Assembly: GCA_963667725.2 (NCBI GenBank)
Contig: CAXXHO010000003.1
Span: forward strand, 1,792,001 to 1,856,000
From: Treponemataceae bacterium
GTDB taxonomy: Bacteria; Spirochaetota; Spirochaetia; Treponematales; Rectinemataceae
Direction of reading: 5' to 3'
DNA length: 64,000 nucleotides
Part shown: piece by piece, positions 19,874-29,776 of the stretch
Layout: every line of letters starts with the position of its first letter
How positions within the stretch are numbered: position 1 is the stretch's first letter
The notes under the pieces: generated by a model
Seen by the model: only the letters and a program-made list of their open reading frames with translations
The model's database searches: none
What the model was told of the DNA's origin: nothing
Position numbers and translations under genes: made by a program

Positions 19874-20839
19874 ATGGGCATCAAGCTCCCGAACCCTTTC
19901 CGAGTCCTGCTTGCCGCGGGCTTCCTGACTGCACTATTGACGGCCTGTTCCACTCCAAACATCCGGGCCTCCTCTGGAGGAGCCACCGGGAAGGAAGATA
20001 CTAATATGGCTGCTTCATCTGTTGTGCTGGTCATGGCTCATCGCGGTTTCAGGGGCATCGCCCCAGAAAACACCCTCCTTGCCGCCCAGAAAGGCTACGA
20101 CAGCGGCGCCGATTATTGGGAAACCGATGTGGCCGCGTCCTCCGACGGCGAGTTGGTCATCATGCACGACGACAACTTGGCGCGGACCTCCAACGTGAAG
20201 GTTCTTTTCCCGGAACGGAAGCCCTGGACCGTCTATGACTTCACCCTCGCCGAACTGAGAAGCCTGGATGCCGGATCCTGGTACGCGAAGGCCGACCCCT
20301 TCAAGCAGATCGCCGCCGGTCGCGTCACTCGGGAGGATCAGGGCGGCTTCGCGGCGCAGAAGGTCCCCACGCTTGCCGAGGCCCTCGAATTGACCAAGAG
20401 GAATGGGTGGAAGGTGAATGTGGAGATCAAGGACGCGACCGGCCATGCCTGCGACCCCTGGCTTGTCGAAAAGGTGGCTGAGCTCGTAAAGTCCATGGAT
20501 ATGACCGAATCGGTCATCATCTCTTCCTTCAATCATGAATACCTTGTACGGATGAAGAAGGCCGCTCCCAAAATTCAGGTGGCGGCGCTCATAGATAAGC
20601 CTATCGCCGATCCCGTGGCTACGCTCAAGCGCATCGGAGCCATCGCGCTCAATCCCAATTTCAAATATCTGGACGAGGAAACCGTCAAGCAGGTAAGAGC
20701 CGCCGGCTTCAACGTCTACGTATGGACGCCCAACGAAAAGGCTGACATGGAAAGGCTCGTCAAATGGGGGGTTACCGCGCTTATCACCGATTTCCCCGAC
20801 AGGGCTCTTTCCGTGCTCGGACGCGCCGAGGGACATTGA
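19874..20839 (+). CDS. glpQ: Glycerophosphodiester phosphodiesterase, probable lipoprotein
   Basis: AHRG, PENT, ETDV, HD, EIK, WTPN, ITDFPD; lipobox-like LLTAC; ATG 19874 has a GGAG SD (alternative start 19832). Confidence 0.85.
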   Translation: MGIKLPNPFRVLLAAGFLTALLTACSTPNIRASSGGATGKEDTNMAASSVVLVMAHRGFRGIAPENTLLAAQKGYDSGADYWETDVAASSDGELVIMHDDNLARTSNVKVLFPERKPWTVYDFTLAELRSLDAGSWYAKADPFKQIAAGRVTREDQGGFAAQKVPTLAEALELTKRNGWKVNVEIKDATGHACDPWLVEKVAELVKSMDMTESVIISSFNHEYLVRMKKAAPKIQVAALIDKPIADPVATLKRIGAIALNPNFKYLDEETVKQVRAAGFNVYVWTPNEKADMERLVKWGVTALITDFPDRALSVLGRAEGH

Positions 20840-20913
20840 CCGCCGGCAGGTAAAAGACTGGCGTATGAATGGCCGGGAGAATCGCCTCTCCCTCAACTAT
20901 TTGCAGATTTTCA

Positions 20914-20942
20914 TTGCCAGCCTGGGTTTTACAGTTTAAACT
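20914..20942 (+). promoter_or_regulatory. sigma70-type promoter of the ugp operon
   Basis: TTGCCA-17-TAAACT. Confidence 0.5.
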
Positions 20943-20996
20943 AGGCAACGTACTGGCGGGCTTTAAGCCCAACTTAAGTTTTCAAGGAGGCATTTG

Positions 20997-22298
20997 ATGA
21001 AGAAAATTGCACTGGTGGCAATGGTCTTCCTGATGGTCGCCGGCGCCTACGCGCAGACGAACATCGAATTCTGGCATGCTATGACGGGTAAAAACGGACA
21101 GATGGTTCAGACCCTGGCGGATAAATTCAACGCTACCCAGAATGATTACAAAGTAGTTCCGGTTTTCAAGGGCTCCTACAGCGATACGATGAATGCCGGC
21201 ATCGCGGCTTTCCGCGCCGGACAGGCCCCCGCCATTCTTCAGGTCTATGAAGTCGGAACCGCGACCATGATGGCGGCCAAGGGCGCCGTGAAGCCGGTTT
21301 ACCAGCTCATGGCCGAGAACAGCGAAAAGTTCGATCCCAAGGTCTATATCCCCACGATCACCGGCTACTATTCCACATCCAAGGGCGAGATGCTCTCCCT
21401 GCCTTTCAATTCATCCACTGCTGTCATGTACTACAACAAGGATGCGTTCAAGAAGGCCGGCCTCGATCCGGAAAAAGCTCCCGCCACCTGGCCCGAATTC
21501 TTCGACTATGCCAAAAAGCTCAAGGCTTCCGGCATGGAAGGCGGATTCTCCACCAACTGGATTTCCTGGATCCAGCTTGAGAACTTTTCCGCATGGCATA
21601 ACCTTCCCTTCGGAACCCGCAATAATGGTTTCGATGGTCTCGACACCCAGCTCGTCTTTAATTCGCCTAAAGTCATCGAGCATCTGCAGACGATCTATGA
21701 TCTGTCCAAAGACGGCACCTTCATCTATGGCGGACGCGAAAACAAGGCCAACCCCCTCTTCTCCTCCGGCAAGGTCGCCATGCATTTCGAATCCATCGGC
21801 GGTTATGCCAACTTCAAGGCCAACTGCAAATTCGATTTTGGCGTCGCGAGACTCCCCTACTATCCCGACGTCAAGGGCGCTCCTCAGAACTCCATCATCG
21901 GCGGCGCGAGCCTCTGGGTTCTCAACGGCAAGTCCAAGGGCGAGTACAAGGGCGTAGCGGATTTCTTCGGCTTCATTTCCCAGCCCGAGATGCAGGCGCT
22001 TTGGCACCAGAACACCGGCTACCTGCCCATCACCACGGCGGCCTATGAGCTCACCAAGTCGCAGGGTTTCTATGCCACCAACCCCGGTCCCGAAGTCGCC
22101 ATCAAACAGCTGCTGAACAAGGCGCCCACCGGCAATTCCATGGGCATCCGCTTCGGCAACTTCAACATCATCCGCGAAATCGAAGACCAGACCTGGGAAG
22201 ACATCCTGGCCGGCAAGATTTCCGTGAAAGACGGCGTCGCCAAGATGGTCAAAGACGGCAACAAGACGCTCCGCGAGTTCGAACGCCTCAACAAGTAA
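20997..22298 (+). CDS. ugpB: sn-glycerol-3-phosphate ABC substrate-binding protein
   Basis: IEFWHAM, QVYEVGTATM, PFNSST, PQNSIIGGASLW, WHQNTGYLPIT; AAGGAGG SD. Confidence 0.93.
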   Translation: MKKIALVAMVFLMVAGAYAQTNIEFWHAMTGKNGQMVQTLADKFNATQNDYKVVPVFKGSYSDTMNAGIAAFRAGQAPAILQVYEVGTATMMAAKGAVKPVYQLMAENSEKFDPKVYIPTITGYYSTSKGEMLSLPFNSSTAVMYYNKDAFKKAGLDPEKAPATWPEFFDYAKKLKASGMEGGFSTNWISWIQLENFSAWHNLPFGTRNNGFDGLDTQLVFNSPKVIEHLQTIYDLSKDGTFIYGGRENKANPLFSSGKVAMHFESIGGYANFKANCKFDFGVARLPYYPDVKGAPQNSIIGGASLWVLNGKSKGEYKGVADFFGFISQPEMQALWHQNTGYLPITTAAYELTKSQGFYATNPGPEVAIKQLLNKAPTGNSMGIRFGNFNIIREIEDQTWEDILAGKISVKDGVAKMVKDGNKTLREFERLNK

Positions 22299-22320
22299 GT
22301 TCATATTTTCGAGGATTCAT

Positions 22321-22348
22321 AGGGGCTGCCCTCCGGGCGGCCCCTTTT
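22321..22348 (+). terminator. Stem-loop/terminator after ugpB
   Basis: AGGGGCTGCCC-TCC-GGGCGGCCCCT followed by TTT. Confidence 0.7.
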
Positions 22349-22427
22349 CACGAATTGCACTGGCCCGGCATGGATGCCTTCGATCCTCGGGCCAAGCTCC
22401 GATTCCATTCCAGTCTCAGGATGTTAT

Positions 22428-23312
22428 ATGGCAAAACAGTATGAATTCCCTTCCAAGGGCCTTCCCTATCTTCTGGTCCTCCCGCAGATGATCGTCGTGT
22501 TCCTCTTTTTCTTCTGGCCTTCAGCACAGGCCATCTGGCAGTCTTTTTTCCTCCAGGATCCTTTTGGGGGACGCGTCATTTTCGTCGGCTTCGAAAACTA
22601 CGCCAAGCTGCTGACCGATCCGGACTATTGGGCCTCATTCAGGGTATCGGTCCTCTTCGCCCTGGCCATCACCCTTTCATCGATGGCTATCGCCCTGTTT
22701 CTGGCCATACAGACCAACAAGAAAATACGTTTCGGCTCATTCTATAAAACCATGATGATTTGGCCCTATGCCGTCGCCACGATGGTGGCCGGCGTTCTCT
22801 GGCTTTTCATGTTCAACCCCAACGTCGGCGTCATCGCTTGGCTGCTGAAATATAAGATGGGCATTGACTGGAATCATCTCCTCAACACGAATCAGGCTTT
22901 TCTCCTTCTCACTATCGCGGCCAGCTGGAAGCAGATTTCCTACAATTTCGTTTTCTTTTTGGCGGGGCTCCAGGGCGTGCCCCTTCCTCTCGTCGAAGCG
23001 GCGGCGATCGATGGGGCCGGGCCGACCAAACGATTCTGGGCGATCATCTTTCCCCTGCTTTCGCCGACGACCTTCTACCTGCTCATCATGAACCTTGTCT
23101 ACGGCTTTTTCGAGACCTTCCCCATCGTCCACCAGGTAACGGCCGGCGGTCCGGGCAAATCCACGCAGATTCTCGTTTACAAGGTATGGCGCGATGGCGT
23201 CATCAACCTCGACCTCGGCGGTTCCTCGGCTCAGTCGGTCATTTTGATGATCATGGTCATAGGGCTCACCGTATTCCAGTTCCGCTTCATCGAGCGGAAA
23301 GTCACCTACTAA
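22428..23312 (+). CDS. ugpA: sn-glycerol-3-phosphate ABC permease
   Basis: LPYLLVLPQ, WKQISYNFVFFLAGLQ, EAAAIDGA, ILVYKV. Confidence 0.92.
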   Translation: MAKQYEFPSKGLPYLLVLPQMIVVFLFFFWPSAQAIWQSFFLQDPFGGRVIFVGFENYAKLLTDPDYWASFRVSVLFALAITLSSMAIALFLAIQTNKKIRFGSFYKTMMIWPYAVATMVAGVLWLFMFNPNVGVIAWLLKYKMGIDWNHLLNTNQAFLLLTIAASWKQISYNFVFFLAGLQGVPLPLVEAAAIDGAGPTKRFWAIIFPLLSPTTFYLLIMNLVYGFFETFPIVHQVTAGGPGKSTQILVYKVWRDGVINLDLGGSSAQSVILMIMVIGLTVFQFRFIERKVTY

Positions 23313-23323
23313 AGGAAGCCCCC

Positions 23324-24169
23324 ATGATCGAACAAAGAAAATCCGCCAGGGCTTTCCCCCATATCGTTCTCTGGATCGCCATCGTCATCATTGTGTTCCC
23401 GCTCTACTTTGTTTTCGTGGCATCCACGAGAACGAGCGCCGATATCCTGGCCGCGCCCATGCCGCTCTACCCGGGCACGCACTTTTTCGAAAACTACGGT
23501 CGGGCTCTCAGCGAGGGAGCCGTGAACCTCGGCGCTTCCGCCATGACCATGATGAAGAATTCATTCATCATGGCTATGGGCATCTCCATCGGAAAAATCC
23601 TCGTTTCCCTTCTGGCCGCCTTCGCCATCGTATTCTTCAATTTCAAGGGAAGAAAATTCTGCTTCTGGGCTATATTCATAACCCTGATGCTGCCGGTGGA
23701 AGTGCGCATCATGCCCACCTACAAGGTCATATCGGACTTAGGCCTGCTGAATTCCTACGCCGGCCTCATTCTGCCCATGATAGTGTCGGCTACGGCCGTC
23801 TTCCTCTTCAGGCAGTTCTTCATGTCGGTACCAAGGGAGATAGCCGAGGCTTCGCAGATCGACGGTGCCACGTCCATGCAGTTTTTCAGGACTATCCTGG
23901 TGCCCATGACCCGCACGCCCATCGCGGCCATGTTCGTCATCCAGTTCATCTACGGCTGGAACCAGTATCTCTGGCCGCTGCTGATCACCACGAAACAGGA
24001 ATACTACACGCTGCTCATCGGCATTAACCGCATGCTCTCGGGCGCCGACGTGCTCATAGAATGGCAGATCGTCATGGCCACGACGCTTCTGGCCTTGATT
24101 CCGCCCGTGCTCGTGGTTGTCATCATGCAGAAGCAGTTCGTGGCAGGCATGACCGATACCGAGAAATAG
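23324..24169 (+). CDS. ugpE: sn-glycerol-3-phosphate ABC permease
   Basis: IFITLMLPVEVRI, SATAVFLFRQFF, FIYGWNQYLWPLL. Confidence 0.92.
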   Translation: MIEQRKSARAFPHIVLWIAIVIIVFPLYFVFVASTRTSADILAAPMPLYPGTHFFENYGRALSEGAVNLGASAMTMMKNSFIMAMGISIGKILVSLLAAFAIVFFNFKGRKFCFWAIFITLMLPVEVRIMPTYKVISDLGLLNSYAGLILPMIVSATAVFLFRQFFMSVPREIAEASQIDGATSMQFFRTILVPMTRTPIAAMFVIQFIYGWNQYLWPLLITTKQEYYTLLIGINRMLSGADVLIEWQIVMATTLLALIPPVLVVVIMQKQFVAGMTDTEK

Positions 24170-24175
24170 CGGAGA

Positions 24176-24426
24176 TTTTTACAGGATACCGGGATAAGCA
24201 GGATTTACGGGAAAGATAAATTGAGGTTGAAGAAAGAGAAGGAAAGAAGCGGTATATGCGATGGCGCGGTCAAATAGGGGCCGCGCAACGCCGATGTGAA
24301 CCGTTTTTGACCCTAAAGTAAATGAAGCATTAAAAGGCCGGCCATCTTCCGATGGCCGGCCTTTCTCTATAACTGACTATTCTTACCTGTTTATCCTGTA
24401 CGATCCTGTAATCCTGTCCAATTTTT
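24176..24426. repeat. Intergenic element with imperfect terminal inverted repeats of ACAGGAT units (MITE/REP-like)
   Basis: Left arm ACAGGAT-A-CCGGGAT-AA-GCAGGAT-TT-ACGGGAAAGA; reverse complement of right arm ACAGGAT-T-ACAGGAT-CGT-ACAGGAT-AA-ACAGGTAAGA. Confidence 0.6.
24333..24364. terminator. Bidirectional terminator hairpin
   Basis: AAAGGCCGGCCATC-TTCC-GATGGCCGGCCTTT between convergent ugpE and uxaC. Confidence 0.8.
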
Positions 24427-25916
24427 TATTTGACGGCCGCGGCCCAGGCTGGCACGTCGATGCCGAAGTAATCGCGGGCATTGAACCAGCTCACGTCGCG
24501 GACCAGTTCCCTGGCGTAGCAGTCGTCGCCGGGCAGTTCGCCTGACTCCACCCAGCGGCCCGCGACCTTGCAGAGGATGCGGCGGAAATATTCGTGCCTC
24601 GGGTAGGAGAGGAAGGATCTCGAGTCAGTGAGCATGCCCACCCAGCGTCCGATAACGCCGACGGAGGCCGTCTGTATGAGGTGCCGCTCCATGCCGTCCA
24701 GGTGGTCGTTGAACCACCACGCGGCTCCGTACTGCATCTTCCCGGCCACGGCGCTCCCTAGCGCCGATCCCGCATAGGTTCCCGAGTAGCACTGGGCCAG
24801 GACGGCGAGGCTCGCGTTCTTCGTGTCGTCCAGCGAATAGAGGATGGTCTTGGGCAGGCTGCCCTCGGCGTCGAGCAGGTCGAGCAGGGAGGCCAGGGGC
24901 GCGATGACGACTGCGTCCGAGATGGCGTCGCCGCCGCCGTCGGGGCCGTAGGAGGAGAAGAGGCGCGTATTGGTGTTGCGGAGCGCCCCGATATGGAGCT
25001 GCATCGTCCAGCCTGCTTTGGCGTTGAGGCGGGCGACCTGAAGGAGAACGGCGGTTCCGAGCCTTTCGCGCGCGAGGGCGTCGACGTTTTTGCCGGCAAG
25101 CAGCGAAGCGACGATGGCGTCGAGTTCGCCGCCTGAGGTGAGCGCGAAGGGCGGGACGAGAAGCGCGTGATCGGAGAGTCTGCATCCGTGCTCGTGGAAG
25201 AAAGCGTGACGGCGCGAAAGCGCTTCGGCCAGGTCGGCGAAGCTGCGTATCTCCAGGCCCGCGGCCGCGCCCAAAGCCGCGGCGTAGGCTTTCCATGCCA
25301 TGGCATCCTGGGCGTTCATGGCCTTGTCCGGACGGAAGGCGGGAAGAATCCTCGCCACTTTCTTTCCCGAGACCGCGGCGGCTCTTCCCACCTTCGGATC
25401 AGAGGCAACGGCTTCGTGCCACCGCAGGTCGTCGGCCGGATCGTCCGTCGTGCAGACGACAGCAACGCCGTAATGTCTCAGCATGCTCTGCGGCGAATCG
25501 CCCCGCTCCCTGATGATGGCGTTGGCTCTTTCCCTTATGGCGAGTGCGTTTCTTACCGTCAGCACGTCGTCTATCCCGTAGGTTCTCCGCAGTTCCAGAT
25601 GGGACCAATGGAGAAGTGGATTGCCCGGCGACTGTTCCAGCGCGGCGGCGAAGGCTACGAATTTATCGCCCCAGGAAGCACTGCCCGAGCAGAGCGACTC
25701 GTCAGCGCCGTTCGAACGCATGATGCGCCATTTGTAGTGATCACCCTTGAGCCAAAGCTCGGCGATGTCGCCGAAGGGCTTGTCCTCAGCTATTTCCCTG
25801 GGTGAAAGGTGGCAGTGATAATCGAAAATGGGCAGACCGGCCGCGTCCTCGTGATAGAGTTTTCGCGCCGTATCCGTGTCCAGAAGAAAGTCTTTGTCCA
25901 TGAATGCTTTTTTCAT
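24426..25916 (-). CDS. uxaC: Glucuronate/galacturonate isomerase
   Basis: FMDKDFLL, IFDYHCHL, GDHYKWR, GNPLLHWSHLEL, CTTDDP, MQLHIG, AWWFND, GMLTDSRSFLSYPRHEYFRR; ATG 25916 overlaps the SDR stop. Confidence 0.95.
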   Translation of the reverse strand: MKKAFMDKDFLLDTDTARKLYHEDAAGLPIFDYHCHLSPREIAEDKPFGDIAELWLKGDHYKWRIMRSNGADESLCSGSASWGDKFVAFAAALEQSPGNPLLHWSHLELRRTYGIDDVLTVRNALAIRERANAIIRERGDSPQSMLRHYGVAVVCTTDDPADDLRWHEAVASDPKVGRAAAVSGKKVARILPAFRPDKAMNAQDAMAWKAYAAALGAAAGLEIRSFADLAEALSRRHAFFHEHGCRLSDHALLVPPFALTSGGELDAIVASLLAGKNVDALARERLGTAVLLQVARLNAKAGWTMQLHIGALRNTNTRLFSSYGPDGGGDAISDAVVIAPLASLLDLLDAEGSLPKTILYSLDDTKNASLAVLAQCYSGTYAGSALGSAVAGKMQYGAAWWFNDHLDGMERHLIQTASVGVIGRWVGMLTDSRSFLSYPRHEYFRRILCKVAGRWVESGELPGDDCYARELVRDVSWFNARDYFGIDVPAWAAAVK

Positions 25917-26749
25917 ATATTGTCCGTCAGATAGCCGCCGTCGACCGGTATGCTTACGCCGGTTACGAAACCTGATGCCGCGTCGCTCGCCAGGAAGAGC
26001 GCCGCTCCCCAGAGTTCCTCGAATTTTCCGAAGCGTCCGAAGGGCGTTCGTGAAACGATCGAGGTTCCTCGGGCTGTCAGACCGCCATTCGGATCGAGAA
26101 GGAGAGCGCGATTCTGATTGCCCACGAAAAATCCGGGGGCTATAGCGTTCACCCTGATACCGTGGGGAGCGAGCTCCTTGGCGAGAGCTTCGTTCAGGTT
26201 CAGGACGCCTGCCTTGGCCGCGTCGTAAGCCCATATCCCGGAAAGCGCCTTGTAGCTCGTCATCGAGGTCATGTTGATGACACAGCCCTTGATGCTTTTG
26301 CTTATCCAAAAGCGCGCGAATACTCTGGTAGGCGTCACGAGGCCCGCCATCAGGTTGAGCGCGAGAATATCCTTGAAAAGGTCCTCGTCCACATCGACAA
26401 AGGGCGCCTTCCCCCTGTTGCCGCCGACGCCGTTGATCAGTATGTCGGGTGCGGCGCCCGCCATTTTTTCGGATTCGGCCAGGGCTGCTTCGCAGGCTTC
26501 TTTCGAGCCTGTATCCACCGTTACGGCGAAGACGCGTCCGCAGGAGGCTTTGCCGCCGCCTTCGGCGGCGGCTTCGGCGACGATGCGGGCGGCTTCCTCC
26601 ATGGGGTGGTTGGTGCCGCGGCCCCAGAGAATGACGGTGGCGCCGGCCTTGGCGAACCCCACGGCTAGATTGCCTGGGATTCCGCCGCCGCCGCCTGTTA
26701 TGACGGCGACTTTTCCTTCAAGCGAAAACATCGATTCAATGAATGACAT
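25913..26749 (-). CDS. SDR oxidoreductase, probable D-mannonate (fructuronate) oxidoreductase
   Basis: TGGGGGIP, INGVGGN, YDAAK, VNAIAPGFF..QNRALL, TPFGRFG; uronate gene context. Confidence 0.8.
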   Translation of the reverse strand: MSFIESMFSLEGKVAVITGGGGGIPGNLAVGFAKAGATVILWGRGTNHPMEEAARIVAEAAAEGGGKASCGRVFAVTVDTGSKEACEAALAESEKMAGAAPDILINGVGGNRGKAPFVDVDEDLFKDILALNLMAGLVTPTRVFARFWISKSIKGCVINMTSMTSYKALSGIWAYDAAKAGVLNLNEALAKELAPHGIRVNAIAPGFFVGNQNRALLLDPNGGLTARGTSIVSRTPFGRFGKFEELWGAALFLASDAASGFVTGVSIPVDGGYLTDNI

Positions 26750-26760
26750 AACAACTCCTC

Positions 26761-28065
26761 TCAGCTTCCCGGCATTATGAGATTCGGCAGGAACATCGTG
26801 ATGGCCGGGATATAGGTGACCAGCAGAAGAACAATTATCATTGTTATATAGTAAGGCATCAAGGCTTTTGTCACCTTTTCGATGGAAATTCTTCCCACCG
26901 CGCAGCCCACGAAAAGCGCCGAACCCACTGGAGGCGTACAGAGCCCTATCGCCAGGTTGATCAGCATGATAATGCCGAAGTGAACCGGCGACAGCCCCAG
27001 GGTCGTAACCACGATGGGATAGAGAATCGGCGTCACGATGAGGATGAGGGGCGCCATGTCCATGATCATGCCGAGAAAGAGCAAAAGGACATTGATGAGG
27101 AGGAGAAGGAGATATTTGTTGGTCGTGACGGAAAGGATGAGTTCGGTCGCCTTGGCGGGAATGCGCAGGTAGGCCATGAGCCAGCCGAAGGCGCTCGCCG
27201 CCGCTATGAGGGCCATGACCATGGAGAGGGTTTTCAGCGAATTGTAGAGGATGCCCTTCATCGCCTTGAGGGGGATTTCCTTATAGACGAAGAAGGTGAT
27301 GAAGAAGGCATAGACCACGGCGATGGCGGCCGATTCCGTGGCCGTGAAAATTCCGGTGATGACGCCGCCCATGATGATGACGGCCGTCATGAGGCCGAGG
27401 AAGGCGTCCTTGGATATCTTGAGCGCATCCTTGAAGGAAACCTTGGGTTCCTTGGGGTAGTTGCGCTTTTTGGCGATGATGAAGGAAATGATCATCATGG
27501 AAAGTCCGAGGGATATTCCCGGAATGTAGCCCGCGAGGAAGAGTCTGCCTACGGACACGCCTCCCGCCGCCAGCGAGTAGATGATCATGTTGTGGCTCGG
27601 CGGGATGATGACGCCCTGGGTGGAACTCGCCACGGTAAGGGCCACCGCGAAGTCCTCATCGTACCCTTTCATCTTCATCATGGGGATGATGATCGTGCCG
27701 GTGGACGCTACATCGGCCACGGCCGAACCGGAAATGCCGCCAAAAAACATCGAGTCCATGCAGTTGACCATGGCCAGGCCGCCCTGGATCCTGCCCACAA
27801 AGACATTCGCGAGCTCGATGAGCTTTCGCGCTATGCCCCCCTGGCTCATCATTTCGCCCGCCAGTATGAAGAAGGGGATGGCGAGCAGAGAGAAGGATCT
27901 GACACCCTGCACCATCTGCTGAACGATGGCCATGAGGGGGATTTTCAGGTAGATGGCCGTCACAAGCGAGACGGAAGCGAGCGAATAGGTGATGGGGACG
28001 CGAAGGACCATCAGAAGGATAAAGCCTCCCAGGAGCAGGGTGGTCGCGACGGCGGGATCATTCAT
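26761..28065 (-). CDS. dctM: TRAP transporter large permease
   Basis: LLAIPFFILAG, FGGISGSAVAD, IIPPS, FTATE, GLCTPPVG. Confidence 0.93.
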   Translation of the reverse strand: MNDPAVATTLLLGGFILLMVLRVPITYSLASVSLVTAIYLKIPLMAIVQQMVQGVRSFSLLAIPFFILAGEMMSQGGIARKLIELANVFVGRIQGGLAMVNCMDSMFFGGISGSAVADVASTGTIIIPMMKMKGYDEDFAVALTVASSTQGVIIPPSHNMIIYSLAAGGVSVGRLFLAGYIPGISLGLSMMIISFIIAKKRNYPKEPKVSFKDALKISKDAFLGLMTAVIIMGGVITGIFTATESAAIAVVYAFFITFFVYKEIPLKAMKGILYNSLKTLSMVMALIAAASAFGWLMAYLRIPAKATELILSVTTNKYLLLLLINVLLLFLGMIMDMAPLILIVTPILYPIVVTTLGLSPVHFGIIMLINLAIGLCTPPVGSALFVGCAVGRISIEKVTKALMPYYITMIIVLLLVTYIPAITMFLPNLIMPGS

Positions 28066-28603
28066 GGAGGCCTCCGAAAATGTCTTTCAGCTTTCCTTCG
28101 CCGGAAAGGTAGTCGTCGAGGGATTTATCGTAGGTATCCCACTTTAGGATATGCAGCAGCGCTTCGAGGACGATGGTCACACCGGCGAGGGGAACGACCA
28201 TATAGAGAATTCCCGCTGGCCATCTCGTCGCCGGCATGATGGAGGTCATCGTGAATTGGACGAGGGTTTTTCCGTAGACTATCATGATGGCGCCGACAAA
28301 GATGACGATGATTTCCATGAGCGTATCGAGAGCTATATTAAGCCAATTAGGCATTTTTTCCCGCGGCATAAGGTTGATGGTGATGTTGAGTTTCTGCTTT
28401 ACCCCAAGCCCCATCGAAATGAAGATGAACCACACGCAGAGCGTGAGGGCGACTTCTTCCGACCACAGAATCCCGCTGTTGAACACATAGCGCAGAAAGA
28501 CGTTGGCGAAGACGATGAGGACCATCGCCACGATCATGATTTTCGCCAGCTCGACCAAAAAAATATGAATGAGGTTGATGCCTCTCAGGATCAGATCTTT
28601 CAT
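28058..28603 (-). CDS. dctQ: TRAP transporter small permease
   Basis: NVFLRYVFN...WSEE; four TM helices. Confidence 0.9.
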   Translation of the reverse strand: MKDLILRGINLIHIFLVELAKIMIVAMVLIVFANVFLRYVFNSGILWSEEVALTLCVWFIFISMGLGVKQKLNITINLMPREKMPNWLNIALDTLMEIIVIFVGAIMIVYGKTLVQFTMTSIMPATRWPAGILYMVVPLAGVTIVLEALLHILKWDTYDKSLDDYLSGEGKLKDIFGGLHE

Positions 28604-28641
28604 TTGGTTTATCCTGTTGCCGGCAAAACGCGGCAGCGATG

Positions 28642-28686
28642 AAAAGGCGGTCCGGCGAAAGGCCCAATGGCCTTAGACCGGACCGC
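28642..28686 (-). terminator. Stem-loop after dctP
   Basis: GCGGTCCGG...CCGGACCGC stem followed by CTTTT on the minus strand. Confidence 0.6.
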
Positions 28687-28707
28687 TGTCAGAATGAGGA
28701 ACCGATA

Positions 28708-29688
28708 TTACTTTACGGCCTGGATCTGCTTGACGAAGTCCTGGATTTCCTTGGACTGCTTCGCGTAGAGCGGAGCCATGAGGGCTACCCAGGGGGCCTT
28801 GTCGGCAACGGTGGAGACCTGCGATCCGCCGGCCTTTACCTTATCGATGGAGGTCTGCTCGTACTTGGCCCACTCGGCGCGCTGGAAACTGACGGCGTCG
28901 GCGGCGGCCTGCTTGATCAGATCCTGGTCAGCCTTGGAGAGCCTGCCGAGGGAAATCTTGGAGCCGATAATGATCTCGGGAACTCTTGTGTGCTCGTCGA
29001 GGGTGAAGTACTTGGCGACTTCGAAGTGGCTAGTCGAGAAATAGGAAGCCCAGTTGTTCTCGGCGCCGTCGACGACACCGGTCTGGAGGGCAGAGTAGAC
29101 TTCGCCGTACGCCATGGGGGTCGGCACGGCTCCGAAGGCGGAGACGAGACCCATCATGAGTTCGCTCTCCTGAACGCGGATCTTGAGACCCTTGAGGTCG
29201 GCGGGCGTCTTGACCGGGCGCTTGGAGTTGTAGAAGTTGCGCGATCCGCCCTCGAACCAGCCGAGGCCGATGAAGCCGAAGGGCTCGAGGCTGGCGAGGA
29301 GGCTCTTGCCGATATCGCCGTTGAGGACTTTCCACATATGGGCTTCGTCCCTGTACAGGTAGGGCATCTGGAAGGCGTTGAGCTTGGGAACGAAGGCGGC
29401 GACCGGGCTCACCGAAACGCGGGTGATGTCGATGGCGCCGAACTGCACCTGCTCGATGACAGCCTTTTCCTGGCCAAGCTGGCTTCCGGGATAGACTTCG
29501 ATGACGATTCTTCCGTTGGAGCGCTCCTTCACGAGGCGGGCGAACTCTTCATCGCCCATTTCCGTGGGGTAGCCCTTGGGATGGGTTTCAGCCAGTCTCA
29601 GGACTATCGCCTTCTGGGCGAAAACCTGAACCGGCATCAGGACGGCGAGAACGAGCATGAGTCCAAGGACGAACTTTGCTTTTTTCAT
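28708..29688 (-). CDS. dctP: TRAP substrate-binding protein (uronate-type)
   Basis: Signal peptide, GSRNFYN, DLKGLKIRVQ, EVYSALQTGVVDGAENN. Confidence 0.93.
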   Translation of the reverse strand: MKKAKFVLGLMLVLAVLMPVQVFAQKAIVLRLAETHPKGYPTEMGDEEFARLVKERSNGRIVIEVYPGSQLGQEKAVIEQVQFGAIDITRVSVSPVAAFVPKLNAFQMPYLYRDEAHMWKVLNGDIGKSLLASLEPFGFIGLGWFEGGSRNFYNSKRPVKTPADLKGLKIRVQESELMMGLVSAFGAVPTPMAYGEVYSALQTGVVDGAENNWASYFSTSHFEVAKYFTLDEHTRVPEIIIGSKISLGRLSKADQDLIKQAAADAVSFQRAEWAKYEQTSIDKVKAGGSQVSTVADKAPWVALMAPLYAKQSKEIQDFVKQIQAVK

Positions 29689-29776
29689 TGCGTTGCCTCC
29701 ATTTAAACTATGGCTATAGAATAACCTGTTATTATTTTGAATCCATTCGGCCTATCGCGGTTTTGTATAGTTTTGA

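Noticed and set aside
20855..20930. ZTP (pfl) riboswitch-like words GACTGGCG...CGGGAG...GCCTGGG upstream of ugpB
   Set aside because: No P2 stem, the pseudoknot CGCC is missing from the 3' hairpin, it overlaps the predicted promoter, and the gene context is wrong
24176..24426. Possible CRISPR array
   Set aside because: Units are only 8-10 bp, inverted between the arms, with no spacers or cas genes
28642..28700. CCGGTCTAAGG resembling part of a c-di-GMP-I riboswitch
   Set aside because: The GCAAA and GNRA-stem elements are absent; a terminator or stabiliser hairpin explains it
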